DNA of 64,000 nucleotides from assembly GCA_963805235.1 (NCBI GenBank), contig CAWDTF010000003.1, forward strand, positions 98,819-162,818. The letters run 5' to 3'. This DNA is from an uncultured Solirubrobacterales bacterium. GTDB lineage: Bacteria; Actinomycetota; Thermoleophilia; Solirubrobacterales; 70-9. Positions 27,943 through 41,373 of this stretch are shown one piece after another. A program made the position numbers and the translations under genes. The notes under the pieces were generated by a model. That model had not been told where the DNA came from. It saw nothing but the letters and a program-made list of their open reading frames with translations, and searched no databases. Every line of letters starts with the position of its first letter. Position 1 is the first letter of the stretch.

Positions 27943-28221
27943 ATGGATGTGTTGATCCCGATCGCCCAGGCGGCCGAGACTCTGACTGACACTGGCGTCA
28001 CCGACGCCGGCAAGGCGATCGCACTCGGCATCGGCGCGGGCCTCGGCTCGATCGGCGCCGGCATCGGCGTCGGCTTCATCTTCGGCAAGGAGATCGAGTC
28101 CGTCGCGCGCCAGCCCGAGATGAAGGACGAGCTCCAGCAGATCCGCTGGCTCGGCTTCGCGCTGACCGAGGCGGTCGCCTTCTACACCTTCATCTTCGGC
28201 CTGATCGCCTTCTTCCTCTAG
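27943..28221 (+). CDS. atpE: F0F1 ATP synthase subunit c
   Basis: 92 aa hairpin. GIGAGLGSIGAGIGVG, ARQPE loop, carboxylate helix FALTEAVAFY. Confidence 0.95.
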   Translation: MDVLIPIAQAAETLTDTGVTDAGKAIALGIGAGLGSIGAGIGVGFIFGKEIESVARQPEMKDELQQIRWLGFALTEAVAFYTFIFGLIAFFL

Positions 28222-28227
28222 GCCGGC

Positions 28228-28828
28228 ATGGAGCTCGTTCCGGACATAGCGCAGGTGCTGGTCCTCGCCGCCGAGGAGGAGGAGGGCGGAAGCTTCCTCG
28301 TCTCGCCCGGGCCTGGGCCTGATGATCTGGACCCTGCTCGTCTTCCTGTTCACGATGTGGGTGCTGAGCAAGGTCGCGTTCCCCCGCATCCAGGAGGCGC
28401 TCGACAGGCGCGCCAAGCTGATCGCCGAGTCGATCGAGGCCGCGGAGCGCTCGAAGCAGGAGTCGGAGGAGCTGATGGCCGAGTACCGCGCGCGCCTGAA
28501 GGAGGCCCGGGAGCAGGCCGACGACATCGTCGCCCGCGCCCGCAAGGCCGCCGACACATCCAAGGCGGAGGCCGCCACCGCGGGCAAGGAGAAGCGCGAG
28601 GAGCTGCTGGCCGCGGCCCGCAAGGACATCGAGGCCGAGACCCGGCGCTCGCTGGAGCGCATCCGCAAGGAGGTCGCGGACCTCACGGTCGCGGCCACGG
28701 AGAAGGTGACCCGCAAGACGCTGGACTCCGCAGACCAGCAGCGCCTGGTCGAGGAGGCCCTGGCCGAGGTCGACTTCTCGGCGCTGGCGGGGAGCACCGA
28801 GGGCGGCAACGGAGGGTCGACCGCGTGA
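28228..28828 (+). CDS. atpF: F0F1 ATP synthase subunit b; one apparent 1-nt insertion near 28312
   Basis: N-terminal ...GSFLVSPG in the frame of ATG 28228 joins LGLMIWTLLVFLFTMWVLSKVAFPRI and a long coiled coil in ORF 28322..28828. Confidence 0.85.
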
Positions 28829-28844
28829 CCCAGCGGAGTCGGCA

Positions 28845-29378
28845 ATGGAGGAAATCGCCCGCGTATACGCCGACGCCCTCTTCCGCGCCGCGAAGGAGAG
28901 CGGCAAGCTCGACCAGGTCCGCGAGCAGCTCGGCCAGTTCGCCGACGCCCTGGCGGGCGACCGCGAGCTGCAGCTCTTCCTCTTCAGCCCCTACTTCTCG
29001 ACCGCGGAGAAGGTCGAGGGGCTGCGCAAGGCGGTCAGCGGGGCAGAGCCCGAGATGCAGAACTTCCTCGAGCTGCTGCTCGAGAAGCACCGCATGCCGG
29101 TCATCTTCCGGATCAGGCGCGACTTCGAGGAGCTGTGGGCCAAGGAGAACAAGCAGCTCGACGTGACCGTGACCAGCGCGGTCGAGCTCGATCCCGAGGT
29201 CGCCGAGCGGATCGGCCGGGAGATCGAGACACAGACGGGACAGGCGGTGCAGCTGCAGAGCCGGGTCGACGAGGAGATCCTCGGCGGCCTGGTGTTGAGG
29301 GTCGGCAACATGGTCCTCGACGCGAGCCTGCGGAACCGCCTCGAGAAACTGCGAAAGAACGTCGCCGCGGCGGCGTAG
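28845..29378 (+). CDS. atpH: F0F1 ATP synthase subunit delta (OSCP)
   Basis: 177 aa. YADALF start and operon position between b and alpha. Confidence 0.9.
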   Translation: MEEIARVYADALFRAAKESGKLDQVREQLGQFADALAGDRELQLFLFSPYFSTAEKVEGLRKAVSGAEPEMQNFLELLLEKHRMPVIFRIRRDFEELWAKENKQLDVTVTSAVELDPEVAERIGREIETQTGQAVQLQSRVDEEILGGLVLRVGNMVLDASLRNRLEKLRKNVAAAA

Positions 29379-29398
29379 GAAAAGGAGCTTCACAGAGC

Positions 29399-31078
<1,680 letters not shown>

Positions 31079-31083
31079 CGACC

Positions 31084-32013
31084 ATGGCCAGCCGCAAGGA
31101 CGTCAAGGGCAGGATCGCCTCCGTCAAGAACGTGGGGAAGATCACCCGCGCGATGGAGATGGTCGCGGCCGCTCGACTGCGCCGGGCCGAGCAGCGGATC
31201 GACGCGCTGCGGCCATACGCGCAGCAGCTCCGCAAGATGACGCGCAACGTCGCCGAGGCGGCGGGCGCCGAGGCCAGGAACCTGCCGGTGCTCCAGGAGC
31301 GCGACGAGGTCAAGACGGTCGGGATCCTGCTCGTGACCGGCGACCGCGGGCTCGCGGGCTCGTTCAACTCGCAGATCATCCGCGAGGGGCTGCGCCTCGG
31401 CACGCAGCTCCGCAACGAGGGCAAGACCGTCGCCTTCTCCGTGGTCGGCCGCCGCGGCGTCTCGACGATGCGCTTCCGCGGCGAGGAGCTGCGCGGCGCC
31501 TTCACCGGCTTCACCGACCGCCCCGCGTTCGCCGACGCGCGCCAGATCGCCGACGAGCTGGTGAGCGAGTACGTCGACTCGGGGATCGACCGCGTCGACC
31601 TGATCTACAACCGCTACGTCTCGCCGCTGACCCAATACGTGCGGCGCCAGACGCTGCTGCCGATCCAACAGGCCGAGGTCTTCGGCGAGGGCGTGGCCGA
31701 GCTGGCCCCCGCCGAGGAGGACGTGGACGAGGAGCTCGCCGAGGCGCACCGCAGGGCGCTGTGGGTCTACGAGCCGGATCCCGAGGAGCTGCTCGCAGAG
31801 CTGATCCCGGAGTACGCGCAGCTCTCGGTCTATCGGGCGCTGCTGGAGTCCACGGCTTCCGAGCACGGCTCGCGGATGACCGCGATGCGGAACGCGGCGG
31901 AGAACGCGCAGGACATGATCGGCGACCTCACCCTGGAGATGAACCGGGTGCGGCAGGCCGAGATCACCCAGGAGATCCTCGAGGTGGTCGGCGGCGCCGA
32001 GGCCCTGAGCTGA
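31084..32013 (+). CDS. atpG: F0F1 ATP synthase subunit gamma
   Basis: MASRKDVKGRIASVKNVGKITRAMEMVAAARLRRA start and C-terminal ITQEILEVVGGAEAL. Confidence 0.95.
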   Translation: MASRKDVKGRIASVKNVGKITRAMEMVAAARLRRAEQRIDALRPYAQQLRKMTRNVAEAAGAEARNLPVLQERDEVKTVGILLVTGDRGLAGSFNSQIIREGLRLGTQLRNEGKTVAFSVVGRRGVSTMRFRGEELRGAFTGFTDRPAFADARQIADELVSEYVDSGIDRVDLIYNRYVSPLTQYVRRQTLLPIQQAEVFGEGVAELAPAEEDVDEELAEAHRRALWVYEPDPEELLAELIPEYAQLSVYRALLESTASEHGSRMTAMRNAAENAQDMIGDLTLEMNRVRQAEITQEILEVVGGAEALS

Positions 32014-32036
32014 GACTTGAACGCTTGAGAGACTGA

Positions 32037-33617
<1,581 letters not shown>

Positions 33618-34031
33618 ATGGCCGAGCACACCCTCCACGCCGAGGTCCTCACCCCCGAGGGCAAGGTCTTCGAGGGGGAGGTCCGCCAGCTCTCGACCCG
33701 CACCGCGGTCGGCGAGATCGGCATCCTCGCCAACCACGTGCCCGTGCTCGCGCGGCTGCGCCCGACCGAGCTGCGACTGCACGTCTCGGAGGGCGAGACG
33801 CAGCGCTACGCGCAGGCCGAGGGCTGGCTCCAGGTGTTCGCCAACCGGGCGATGGTTCTGGTCGGCGAGTGCGTGCCGCCCGACGAGCTCGACACCGAGG
33901 GCCTGCGCGAGCGGGTGCGCGACGCCGAGCAGCGCATCGGCGAGTCCGAGGAGGGCAGCGCCGCCTACGATCGCGCCGAGCGCGACAAGGAGCGGGCCGA
34001 GGCGTTCCTCAAGGTCGCCGGCTCCGCCTGA
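33618..34031 (+). CDS. atpC: F0F1 ATP synthase subunit epsilon
   Basis: 137 aa. Starts 1 nt after the atpD stop. Beta-sandwich plus helical hairpin pattern. Confidence 0.95.
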   Translation: MAEHTLHAEVLTPEGKVFEGEVRQLSTRTAVGEIGILANHVPVLARLRPTELRLHVSEGETQRYAQAEGWLQVFANRAMVLVGECVPPDELDTEGLRERVRDAEQRIGESEEGSAAYDRAERDKERAEAFLKVAGSA

Positions 34032-34092
34032 GCCTTCCCGGGACAGCGCACCTAACGCGCGCTTCAGGGCTGGGCCTAGGATTGACTGCTTC

Positions 34093-35199
34093 GTGGACGA
34101 GCTGGCGCTGACAGAGAGGCTGATCGCGTTCGACACCTCGAGCGCCGAGGGCGTGCGCCGCTGCGCCGAGTTCGTGGGCGGTTGGCTGGAGGCGCGCGAC
34201 GTGGGGGTGCGCCAGATCGAGGCGCGCGGCCTGCCCGTGACGATGGCCGAGGTCGGGCCCGCAGACGCGCCGGCGCTCGTCCTGCACGGCCACTTGGACG
34301 TGGTGCCCGGGACCGCCGAGCAGTTCCGGGCGCAGGTGGAGGGCGACCGGCTCTTCGGGCGCGGCTCCTACGACATGAAGGGCGCCGTCGCCGCGATGAT
34401 GCTGGTGATGCGCGACGCCCGCGAGCAGGACGGCGTCCGGCTCCGGCTCGGGATCGTCTCCGACGAGGAGTCCGAGGAGGAGAAGGACCGCGGCTCTGAC
34501 GCGCTCGTCGCCGACGGCTTCACCGGCGAGTTCGCGATCACCGGCGAGCCCACCAACCTTCAGGTCGGGGTGCAGGCGAAGGGCGTGCTGGCGATCAGGC
34601 TGGGCATCAGCGGGCGCTCGGCGCACGGCGCTACGCCGTGGCTGGGCGACAACGCGATCGTCAAGGCGATCGAGGTTTTCCGCGCAATCGAGTCGCTACC
34701 GTTCGCGCGGCAGAGCTCGGAGCTCTTCGACCGCCCCTCCATCAACCTCGGCAGGATCTGGGGAGGCGACGCCCTCAACCGGGTGCCCGACAGCTGCGTG
34801 ATCGACGTGGACGTGCGCTTTCTGCCAGAACAGGACCCCAAGGAGATCCTCGCCCAGGTCGGCGGGCTCGAGGACGCGCGCGTGATCACCACCTTCCGCC
34901 GCCCGCCCGCCGTGGTCGAGGAGGACTCTCCCTTCGTGCGCGGCCTCTGCGAGGCGGCCTCGCCGCACCATCCCGAGCGGGTGGTGAGCGTTGGCCGAGA
35001 CGGCGCCTCGGACGCGGTCTCCTTCCTCAGCGCCGGCGTTCCAGCGGTCGAGTTCGGGCCCATCGGCGAGGGCCACCACGGCCCGCGCGAGTGGGTCTCG
35101 ATCAGCTCGCTGCGCAGCTACCGCCAGGCGCTGGAGAGCTACGTCGCGCACTTCCCGGGCCTGATCCCCAGGGGGGACGGGGAGGTGACCCCGCGATGA
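34093..35199 (+). CDS. M20-family metallopeptidase (ArgE/DapE-like)
   Basis: LVLHGHLDVVPG, FGRGSYDMKG, GIVSDEESEE, GISGRSAHGATPWLG. GTG 34093 lies 10 nt after TAGGAT. Confidence 0.85.
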   Translation: MDELALTERLIAFDTSSAEGVRRCAEFVGGWLEARDVGVRQIEARGLPVTMAEVGPADAPALVLHGHLDVVPGTAEQFRAQVEGDRLFGRGSYDMKGAVAAMMLVMRDAREQDGVRLRLGIVSDEESEEEKDRGSDALVADGFTGEFAITGEPTNLQVGVQAKGVLAIRLGISGRSAHGATPWLGDNAIVKAIEVFRAIESLPFARQSSELFDRPSINLGRIWGGDALNRVPDSCVIDVDVRFLPEQDPKEILAQVGGLEDARVITTFRRPPAVVEEDSPFVRGLCEAASPHHPERVVSVGRDGASDAVSFLSAGVPAVEFGPIGEGHHGPREWVSISSLRSYRQALESYVAHFPGLIPRGDGEVTPR

Positions 35200-37166
35200 G
35201 CTGGGAGGGGGACGAGGGGAAGGGCGCCGGGCCGGACCCCGACGAGACCGGTCGCCTCGACGACACTCAGGAGTGGGAGCTCCGCGATGAGACCGAGGAG
35301 CATTCCGAGGCGCCTGGCGAGAAGGCCGGCGGTGAGGAAGCCGATGAGCCCGGCGACACCGAGGAGCACGAGCTCGAGAAGATCGTCAGCGCCGAGACCC
35401 AGGAGTGGGACAGCTCCGAGGTGGTCGCGGACGAGCCCGAGGAAGAGGACGAGGAGCCCGAGGAGCTTCTCGACGAGGACTCGGAGCCGGACTCCGAGGA
35501 GGCCACGGTGGTCGCGCAGGCCCGCTCGAAGGTCACGTCGGGATTTCAGGCGATCGGCTCAGCCGCAACCGGCGGCTTCAGGGCGGTCGGCAGGCACGTC
35601 CGCTTCCCGATCTGGGCCCGGTTCCTGACCGCCTCCTTCGTGATCGTGTTCGCCGTGGGCACCGCGACCGCGGCCAGCCTGCTGCTCTATCTCGAGGACA
35701 TCGGCAACCGTCTCGCCCACGGCAACACGCTCGAGGGAGTCACCGACAGGCTCGCGGGCGTCGAGGGCGGCGAGCCGCAGACGATCATGATCCTCGGGTC
35801 CGACAAACGGCCCGAGGACAAGGGCAACAAGGCGTTCCCGGGGCTCTCGGACACGACCATGCTGCTGCGCGTGGACCCCGACCGCAACGCGATCGCGCTC
35901 TTCTCGCTGCCGCGAGACCTCAAGGTCGAGATTCCCGGCGTGGGGACGGACAAGCTCAACGCCGCCTACGCCTACGGCGGGCCGGAGCTGACGCTGGAGA
36001 CCGTGCAGGCTCTGACCGCCTCGGAGGCGAACGGCGTCCCCGACGGGGTCCCCGTCAACCACCTCGTCAACGTGGACTTCGAGGGCTTTGCCCGAGCCGT
36101 CAACGAGATCGACTGCGTCTACGTCGACGTGGACAGGCGCTACTACAACTCGAACGAGGGCAAGCCCACGGCGCTCACCTACGAGGAGATCGACATCCAG
36201 CCGGGCTATCAGGCGCTGTGCGGGTTCGACGCGCTCGACTATGCCCGCTACCGCCACACCGACAACGACGTCGTCCGCGCCGCCCGCCAGCAGGATTTCC
36301 TGCGCGAGGCGCGTCAGAAGGTGCCGCCCGAGGTCGTCTTCGCCCGGCGCAAGCACCTGATCGACATCTTCGTCGAGCACACCACCTCGGACATCAATGA
36401 CGCCGGCGAGATGCTCGAGCTGCTGAAGCTCTTCGTCGAGGCGCGCAACGCCCCGCTGAAGGAGATCCACTTCGAGGGGACGCTCGGCCCGTCGTATGTG
36501 ACCGCCACCCAGGAGGAGATCGACAAGGCGGTCCGGCAGTTCATGGGTTTCGAGGACACGCCGGGGGCGCGCGGGCAGAGCGCTGCCCCGGAGACGCCGG
36601 GCGCGACCGCCGACACGGCGCCCGACCAGGTGGGCGGGCCCACCCCGGCGAACCCCGCGAAGGAGAAGGGGGAGGCATCCGAGTCCGACTTCCTGGACGA
36701 CAACGCCAACCTGACCAGGACGTCCTTCGGCAAGGAGCTCGCGAAGGCCATCCGCGCCCGCAAGGTGAAGCTCCCGATCTACTACCCGACGCTGCTCGAG
36801 ACCGGCAGCGACTTCGCGCAGAAGCCGCGCGTCTACAAGATCAACGGGACGGGCGAGGGGTCGCCGCCCAACGCCGAGCGCGCCGCCTACAAATGGGTCT
36901 TCTCGCGCCCCGAGATCGGCGAGTACTACGGCTTCATGGCGACCCGCTGGAGGAACCCCCCGCTGTTGAAGAACCCTTCCGAGGAGAAGCAGATGGGCGA
37001 CCGCACCTACAAGCTCTTCTACGACGGCGATCGCCTCCGCCTCGTCGCCTGGCAGACCGAGGAGGGCTCCTTCTGGGTCTCCAACACCCTGATCCAGTCC
37101 CTCTCGGACCGCGAGATGATCGAGATCGCCGAGGGGATGAAGGAGCTCCCGAGGCGCGGCGGCTGA
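35196..37166 (+). CDS. LytR-CpsA-Psr (LCP) family cell-envelope phosphotransferase with an acidic cytoplasmic N-tail
   Basis: ATGA overlap with the upstream gene. TM FLTASFVIVFAVGTATAASLLLY. LCP blocks TIMILGSDKR, SDTTMLLRVDP, SLPRDL, KLNAAYAYGGP. Confidence 0.85.
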   Translation: MSWEGDEGKGAGPDPDETGRLDDTQEWELRDETEEHSEAPGEKAGGEEADEPGDTEEHELEKIVSAETQEWDSSEVVADEPEEEDEEPEELLDEDSEPDSEEATVVAQARSKVTSGFQAIGSAATGGFRAVGRHVRFPIWARFLTASFVIVFAVGTATAASLLLYLEDIGNRLAHGNTLEGVTDRLAGVEGGEPQTIMILGSDKRPEDKGNKAFPGLSDTTMLLRVDPDRNAIALFSLPRDLKVEIPGVGTDKLNAAYAYGGPELTLETVQALTASEANGVPDGVPVNHLVNVDFEGFARAVNEIDCVYVDVDRRYYNSNEGKPTALTYEEIDIQPGYQALCGFDALDYARYRHTDNDVVRAARQQDFLREARQKVPPEVVFARRKHLIDIFVEHTTSDINDAGEMLELLKLFVEARNAPLKEIHFEGTLGPSYVTATQEEIDKAVRQFMGFEDTPGARGQSAAPETPGATADTAPDQVGGPTPANPAKEKGEASESDFLDDNANLTRTSFGKELAKAIRARKVKLPIYYPTLLETGSDFAQKPRVYKINGTGEGSPPNAERAAYKWVFSRPEIGEYYGFMATRWRNPPLLKNPSEEKQMGDRTYKLFYDGDRLRLVAWQTEEGSFWVSNTLIQSLSDREMIEIAEGMKELPRRGG

Positions 37167-37224
37167 GCCGCGCGGCGCGAGGCGGCGGCGTCCCAGGTCC
37201 CCCCGGATTGAGAAGCTACCCGGC

Positions 37225-38550
37225 ATGAGCGAGCAAGAGCCGATCGGCGTCGTCGGCGCGGGCTGGGTCGGCCTGGTCACGGCCGCCTGCTTCGCGGAGC
37301 TCGGCCACCGCGTCATGGTGAGGGAGATCCTGCCCGAGAAGGTCGACGCCCTGCGCCGCGGGGATCTGCCCATCCACGAGCCGGGCCTGGACGAGCTGAT
37401 CTCGAAGAACGCGGAGCGGCTCACCTTCACGACCGGCATGGACGAGCTGCTCGACGTCGCGCGCCTGCTCTTCGTCTGCGTGCAGACGCCGCCGACCTAC
37501 TCGGGCGACGCGGACCTCAGCGCGGTGACCACGGCGGTCTCCGAGATCGGCGGAGGCGACGGCCGCGCGCTGGTGATGAAGAGCACGGTGCCGGTCGGCA
37601 CCGGGCGCACGATCCGCCGCCAGGCTCCGGGCCTCGCCTACGTCTCCTGCCCCGAGTTCCTGCGCGAAGGCACCGCCGTCCGCGACTTCCTCGAGCCGGG
37701 CCGCGTCGTGATCGGCGCCGAGCCAGGCGACGAGTGGGCCGCCGACGCCGTCGCCACCGCCTACGAGCCGCTCGGCGCTCCGCTCGTGCTCACCGACGTC
37801 TCCAGCGCCGAGATGATCAAGCTCGCCTCCAACGCATTCCTCGCCACCAAGATCAGCTTCATCAACGAGATCGCGAATGTGTGCGACGAGACCGGCGCCG
37901 ACGTCACCGAGGTCGCGCGGGGGATGGGCCTCGACGAGCGGATCGGCCCGAAGTTCCTGAACGCGGGCCTCGGCTTCGGGGGCTCGTGTTTTCCGAAGGA
38001 CACCCAGGCGCTGAAGATGCTTGCCGGCAACATCGGCTACCACTTCCAGCTCCTCGGCTCGGTGATCGAGGTGAACGAGCTCCAGAAGCGCCGGGTGGTC
38101 GCGAAGCTGACCAAGCACCTCCGGTCGCTCTACGGCAAGCGCGTCGCGCTGCTCGGCCTCGCCTTCAAGCCGGACACGGACGACATGCGCGAGGCGTCGA
38201 GCCTGGTGCTCGCGGCGCGGCTGCGGGGGGAGGGCGCGCAGGTCGTGGCCTTCGATCCGGTCGCGCACGAGCGGGCGGCTGAGCTACTTCCGGGAGTCCA
38301 GCTCGCGGGCTCGGCGCTCGAGGCGCTGGAAGGCGCGGACGCAGCCGTGCTCGTGACGGAGTGGTCTGAGTTCGCCGAGCTCGACTGGGACGAGGTCGCC
38401 CGGCGCATGGCGAACCCGCTCGTGGTGGACGGCCGGAACTTCCTCGACGCGGAGGCGGTGAGGGCGGCGGGCATCGCCTACGAGGGGATCGGGCGGCCGG
38501 CGCCGGAGCCGCTGCCCGCGTCGCCCCCGCAGCCGGAAGCGACAGGCTGA
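37225..38550 (+). CDS. ugd: UDP-glucose 6-dehydrogenase
   Basis: IGVVGAGWVGLVTAA Rossmann, catalytic GFGGSCFPKD, LAFKPDTDDMRE. Confidence 0.9.
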   Translation: MSEQEPIGVVGAGWVGLVTAACFAELGHRVMVREILPEKVDALRRGDLPIHEPGLDELISKNAERLTFTTGMDELLDVARLLFVCVQTPPTYSGDADLSAVTTAVSEIGGGDGRALVMKSTVPVGTGRTIRRQAPGLAYVSCPEFLREGTAVRDFLEPGRVVIGAEPGDEWAADAVATAYEPLGAPLVLTDVSSAEMIKLASNAFLATKISFINEIANVCDETGADVTEVARGMGLDERIGPKFLNAGLGFGGSCFPKDTQALKMLAGNIGYHFQLLGSVIEVNELQKRRVVAKLTKHLRSLYGKRVALLGLAFKPDTDDMREASSLVLAARLRGEGAQVVAFDPVAHERAAELLPGVQLAGSALEALEGADAAVLVTEWSEFAELDWDEVARRMANPLVVDGRNFLDAEAVRAAGIAYEGIGRPAPEPLPASPPQPEATG

Positions 38551-39530
38551 TGCAGGCGCTCATCCTCGCCGGAGGGGCCGGAACTCGTCTGCGCCCGCTC
38601 ACCAGCACGGTGCCGAAGCCCGTCCTGCCGCTCGCGAACCGGCCCCACATCGCCTACGTGATCGACTGGCTCGAGTGGCACGGGGTGGACGACGTCGTCG
38701 TCTCCTGCGGGCACCTGGCGGACGGGGTGCGCGCGGCGCTCGAGGGGTTCACGCGGATCCCGGTCCGCTTCGCCGAGGAGCCGGACGCGCGCGGGACCGC
38801 GGGCGCGATCAAGTTCTGCGAGGAGATGCTGGCCGAGCGCTTCCTGGTGCTGAACGGGGACGTCCTCTGCGACCTCGACCTCAGCGCCCAGATCTCGCAG
38901 CACGAGCGGACGGGGGCCCGGGCGACGATCGCCCTCCACCCGGTCGAGGACCCCACCGCCTACGGCCTGGTGCGGCGCGCGGACGAGGGCGAGGTCACGG
39001 AGTTCCTGGAGAAGCCGGACCCCGCCGAGATCGACACCGACGAGATCAACGCCGGCGCCTACGTGCTGGAGCGGGAGGTGCTGGACCTGGTGCCGGCCGG
39101 GAAGGAGGTCTCGATCGAGCGCGAGGTGTTCCCGCTGCTGGTCGGCGACGGGCTCTACGGCAAGCGCCTGGAGGGCTACTGGATCGACATCGGGACCCCC
39201 GACCGCTTCCTTCTGGCCAACTGGGACATCCTCGAGGGGCGGGTGACGACCATCGTCAGCGAGGAGCTGCACTCCTCCGAGCCCCTGATCGGGGCCGGAG
39301 CCGAGGTGGACCCGGCGGCCAGCGTCGGGCCGCGGGCCGTCCTCGGCCCCGCCTGCACGGTCGGCGCCGATGCCTCGATCTCGGAGTCCGTCCTGCTGGA
39401 GGGCTGCGTCGTCGGCGCCGGCGCCCGCCTGCGCAGCGCGATCCTGGCGGCGGGCGTCGAGGTCGCGCCGGGGGCGGAGGTGGACGGCGAGGTGATCGGC
39501 GAGGGCGAGACCGTGGGAGCGCCCGCGTGA
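38550..39530 (+). CDS. NDP-sugar pyrophosphorylase (mannose-1-P guanylyltransferase-like) with a left-handed beta-helix
   Basis: ALILAGGAGTRLRPLT, GTAGAI, YWIDIGTP blocks. Start overlaps the ugd stop. Confidence 0.85.
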   Translation: MQALILAGGAGTRLRPLTSTVPKPVLPLANRPHIAYVIDWLEWHGVDDVVVSCGHLADGVRAALEGFTRIPVRFAEEPDARGTAGAIKFCEEMLAERFLVLNGDVLCDLDLSAQISQHERTGARATIALHPVEDPTAYGLVRRADEGEVTEFLEKPDPAEIDTDEINAGAYVLEREVLDLVPAGKEVSIEREVFPLLVGDGLYGKRLEGYWIDIGTPDRFLLANWDILEGRVTTIVSEELHSSEPLIGAGAEVDPAASVGPRAVLGPACTVGADASISESVLLEGCVVGAGARLRSAILAAGVEVAPGAEVDGEVIGEGETVGAPA

Positions 39531-40552
39531 GCCCGGGTGACGCGGCCGCCGGCGTGCGCGGCCCCGACTCCGAGGGGATGCGCGACAACGTCCGGGCGAT
39601 CCCCGACCACCTGCGCGACGCGCTCTGGCGAATCGAGAGCGCGAGGCTGCGACCGATGGACGCGCCGGTCGCGATCGTGTGCGGCATGGGCGGCTCGGCG
39701 ATCGGCGGCGACCTGGCCGCCGCCGCTCTCGGCGACGGGCTGGCGCGGCCTCTCGTGACCGTGCGCGGGTACGGGCTTCCGTCGTGGTCACCCGTGGGCG
39801 CCGCCGTGCTCTGCTCCTCCTACTCGGGGAACACAGAGGAGACGCTCGCCTGCTTCGACGCCGCCGAGGCGCTCGGCGCCCAGCGCGTCGTCGCCACCAC
39901 CGGCGGAAAGCTCGCCGAGGCCGCCCGCGCCGCCGACGTCCCGGTCGTCGGCCTGCCGTCCGGGATGCCGCCGCGCGCCGCGGTCGGCTACATGTTCGCG
40001 GTGGCCGCCGAGCACGCGCGGCTTTCGGGGGCGGCCCCGGGCATCCACGCCGAGATCGACGCCGCCGCGGCGCAGCTCGAGGAGCGCTTCGACGCGCTCG
40101 CCGAGAGCGCGGTTGCGATCGCCGGCCGGATCGGCGACGCGGTCCCGGTGGTCCACGGCGCGGACCTGACGGTCCCCGTCGCCTACCGCTGGAAGGCCCA
40201 GGTCAACGAGAACGCGAAGCTGCCCGCCTTCTGCACCGCCCTGCCGGAGGCGAACCACAACGAGATCGCGGCCTGGGGGGCGGAAGGAAGCCGGTTCGCC
40301 GCAGTGTTGCTCACCGACGCCGACCAGCACCCCCGTATCCACGAGCGGTTCACGGCGAGCGCCGGCGTCGTCGGCGCCGGCGGGGCGGAGGCCATCATGG
40401 TCGAGGCGGAGGGCGAGACGCGGACGGCCCGGCTGCTCGAGCTGGTGATGCTGGGAGACCTCGTCTCGCTCGAGCTGGCCGCGCGGCGGGGAGTGGACCC
40501 GACGCCGATCGAGGCGATCGACGGCCTCAAGGCGGAGCTCGGAGCCTCCTGA
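39527..40552 (+). CDS. Bifunctional phosphoglucose/phosphomannose isomerase (SIS domain); start uncertain (GTG 39527 or ATG 39578)
   Basis: CGMGGSAIGGD, SYSGNTEET, WKAQVNENAK blocks. Confidence 0.8.
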   Translation: MSPGDAAAGVRGPDSEGMRDNVRAIPDHLRDALWRIESARLRPMDAPVAIVCGMGGSAIGGDLAAAALGDGLARPLVTVRGYGLPSWSPVGAAVLCSSYSGNTEETLACFDAAEALGAQRVVATTGGKLAEAARAADVPVVGLPSGMPPRAAVGYMFAVAAEHARLSGAAPGIHAEIDAAAAQLEERFDALAESAVAIAGRIGDAVPVVHGADLTVPVAYRWKAQVNENAKLPAFCTALPEANHNEIAAWGAEGSRFAAVLLTDADQHPRIHERFTASAGVVGAGGAEAIMVEAEGETRTARLLELVMLGDLVSLELAARRGVDPTPIEAIDGLKAELGAS

Positions 40553-41352
40553 TGGCCCGCGGCCGGCGCGCGGAGCCGCCCGCGATCGAGATCCGCGAGC
40601 TGAGCAAGGTCTTCGGCTCTGGCGAGACGGAGGTGCGCGCTCTGGACGGCGTCGACCTCGAGATCGCCCGGGGGGAGATGGTCGCGATCATGGGGCCCTC
40701 GGGCTCCGGCAAGAGCACGATGCTCCACATGCTCGGAGCGCTGGAGACCCCGACCTCGGGCACGATCGCGCTCGCCGGCCGACGCTTCGACGGCCTCGAC
40801 GACGGAGAGCTGACCCTCCTGCGCCGCGAAGGCATCGGCTTCGTCTTCCAGTTCTTCAACCTGCTGCCGGCGCTCACCGCCGAGGAGAACGTGCTGCTGC
40901 CGGCGCTGATCGCGGGCCGCCGCGACGAGGCCATCCGCGCCCGCGCCCGGGCGCTGCTGGAGCGGGTCGGCCTCGCCGCGCGGTCCGAGCACCTCCCGTC
41001 GGAGCTGTCCGGTGGCGAGCAGCAGCGCGTCTCCATCGCCCGCGCGCTGCTGATGGAGCCCGCGCTCGTCCTCGCCGACGAGCCGACGGGCAACCTCGAC
41101 TCGCGCTCGGAGGCGCAGGTGCTCGAGCTCCTCTCCGAGCTCAACCGCGCCGAGGGCCACACGATCGTCATGGTCACCCACGACCCGGGCGCAGCCGCGA
41201 TCGCGAGCCGCGTCGTCTTCCTGCGCGACGGCCGCCTCGCGGGCGAGATCCAGGGGGGCTCGCAGCAGCGGGTCATGGACTTCCTCGCCGCCCTCGAGGG
41301 CGAGGCGCCGGCGGCGGGATGCTCGGCCGCCTGCGCCGTGTGCGCGGCCTGA
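40552..41352 (+). CDS. ABC transporter ATP-binding protein (MacB/LolD-type)
   Basis: Walker A GPSGSGKST, signature LSGGEQQR, Walker B LVLADEPTGNLD. Confidence 0.9.
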   Translation: MARGRRAEPPAIEIRELSKVFGSGETEVRALDGVDLEIARGEMVAIMGPSGSGKSTMLHMLGALETPTSGTIALAGRRFDGLDDGELTLLRREGIGFVFQFFNLLPALTAEENVLLPALIAGRRDEAIRARARALLERVGLAARSEHLPSELSGGEQQRVSIARALLMEPALVLADEPTGNLDSRSEAQVLELLSELNRAEGHTIVMVTHDPGAAAIASRVVFLRDGRLAGEIQGGSQQRVMDFLAALEGEAPAAGCSAACAVCAA

Positions 41353-41373
41353 TCCCGGTGTGAGGAGGCGGGG

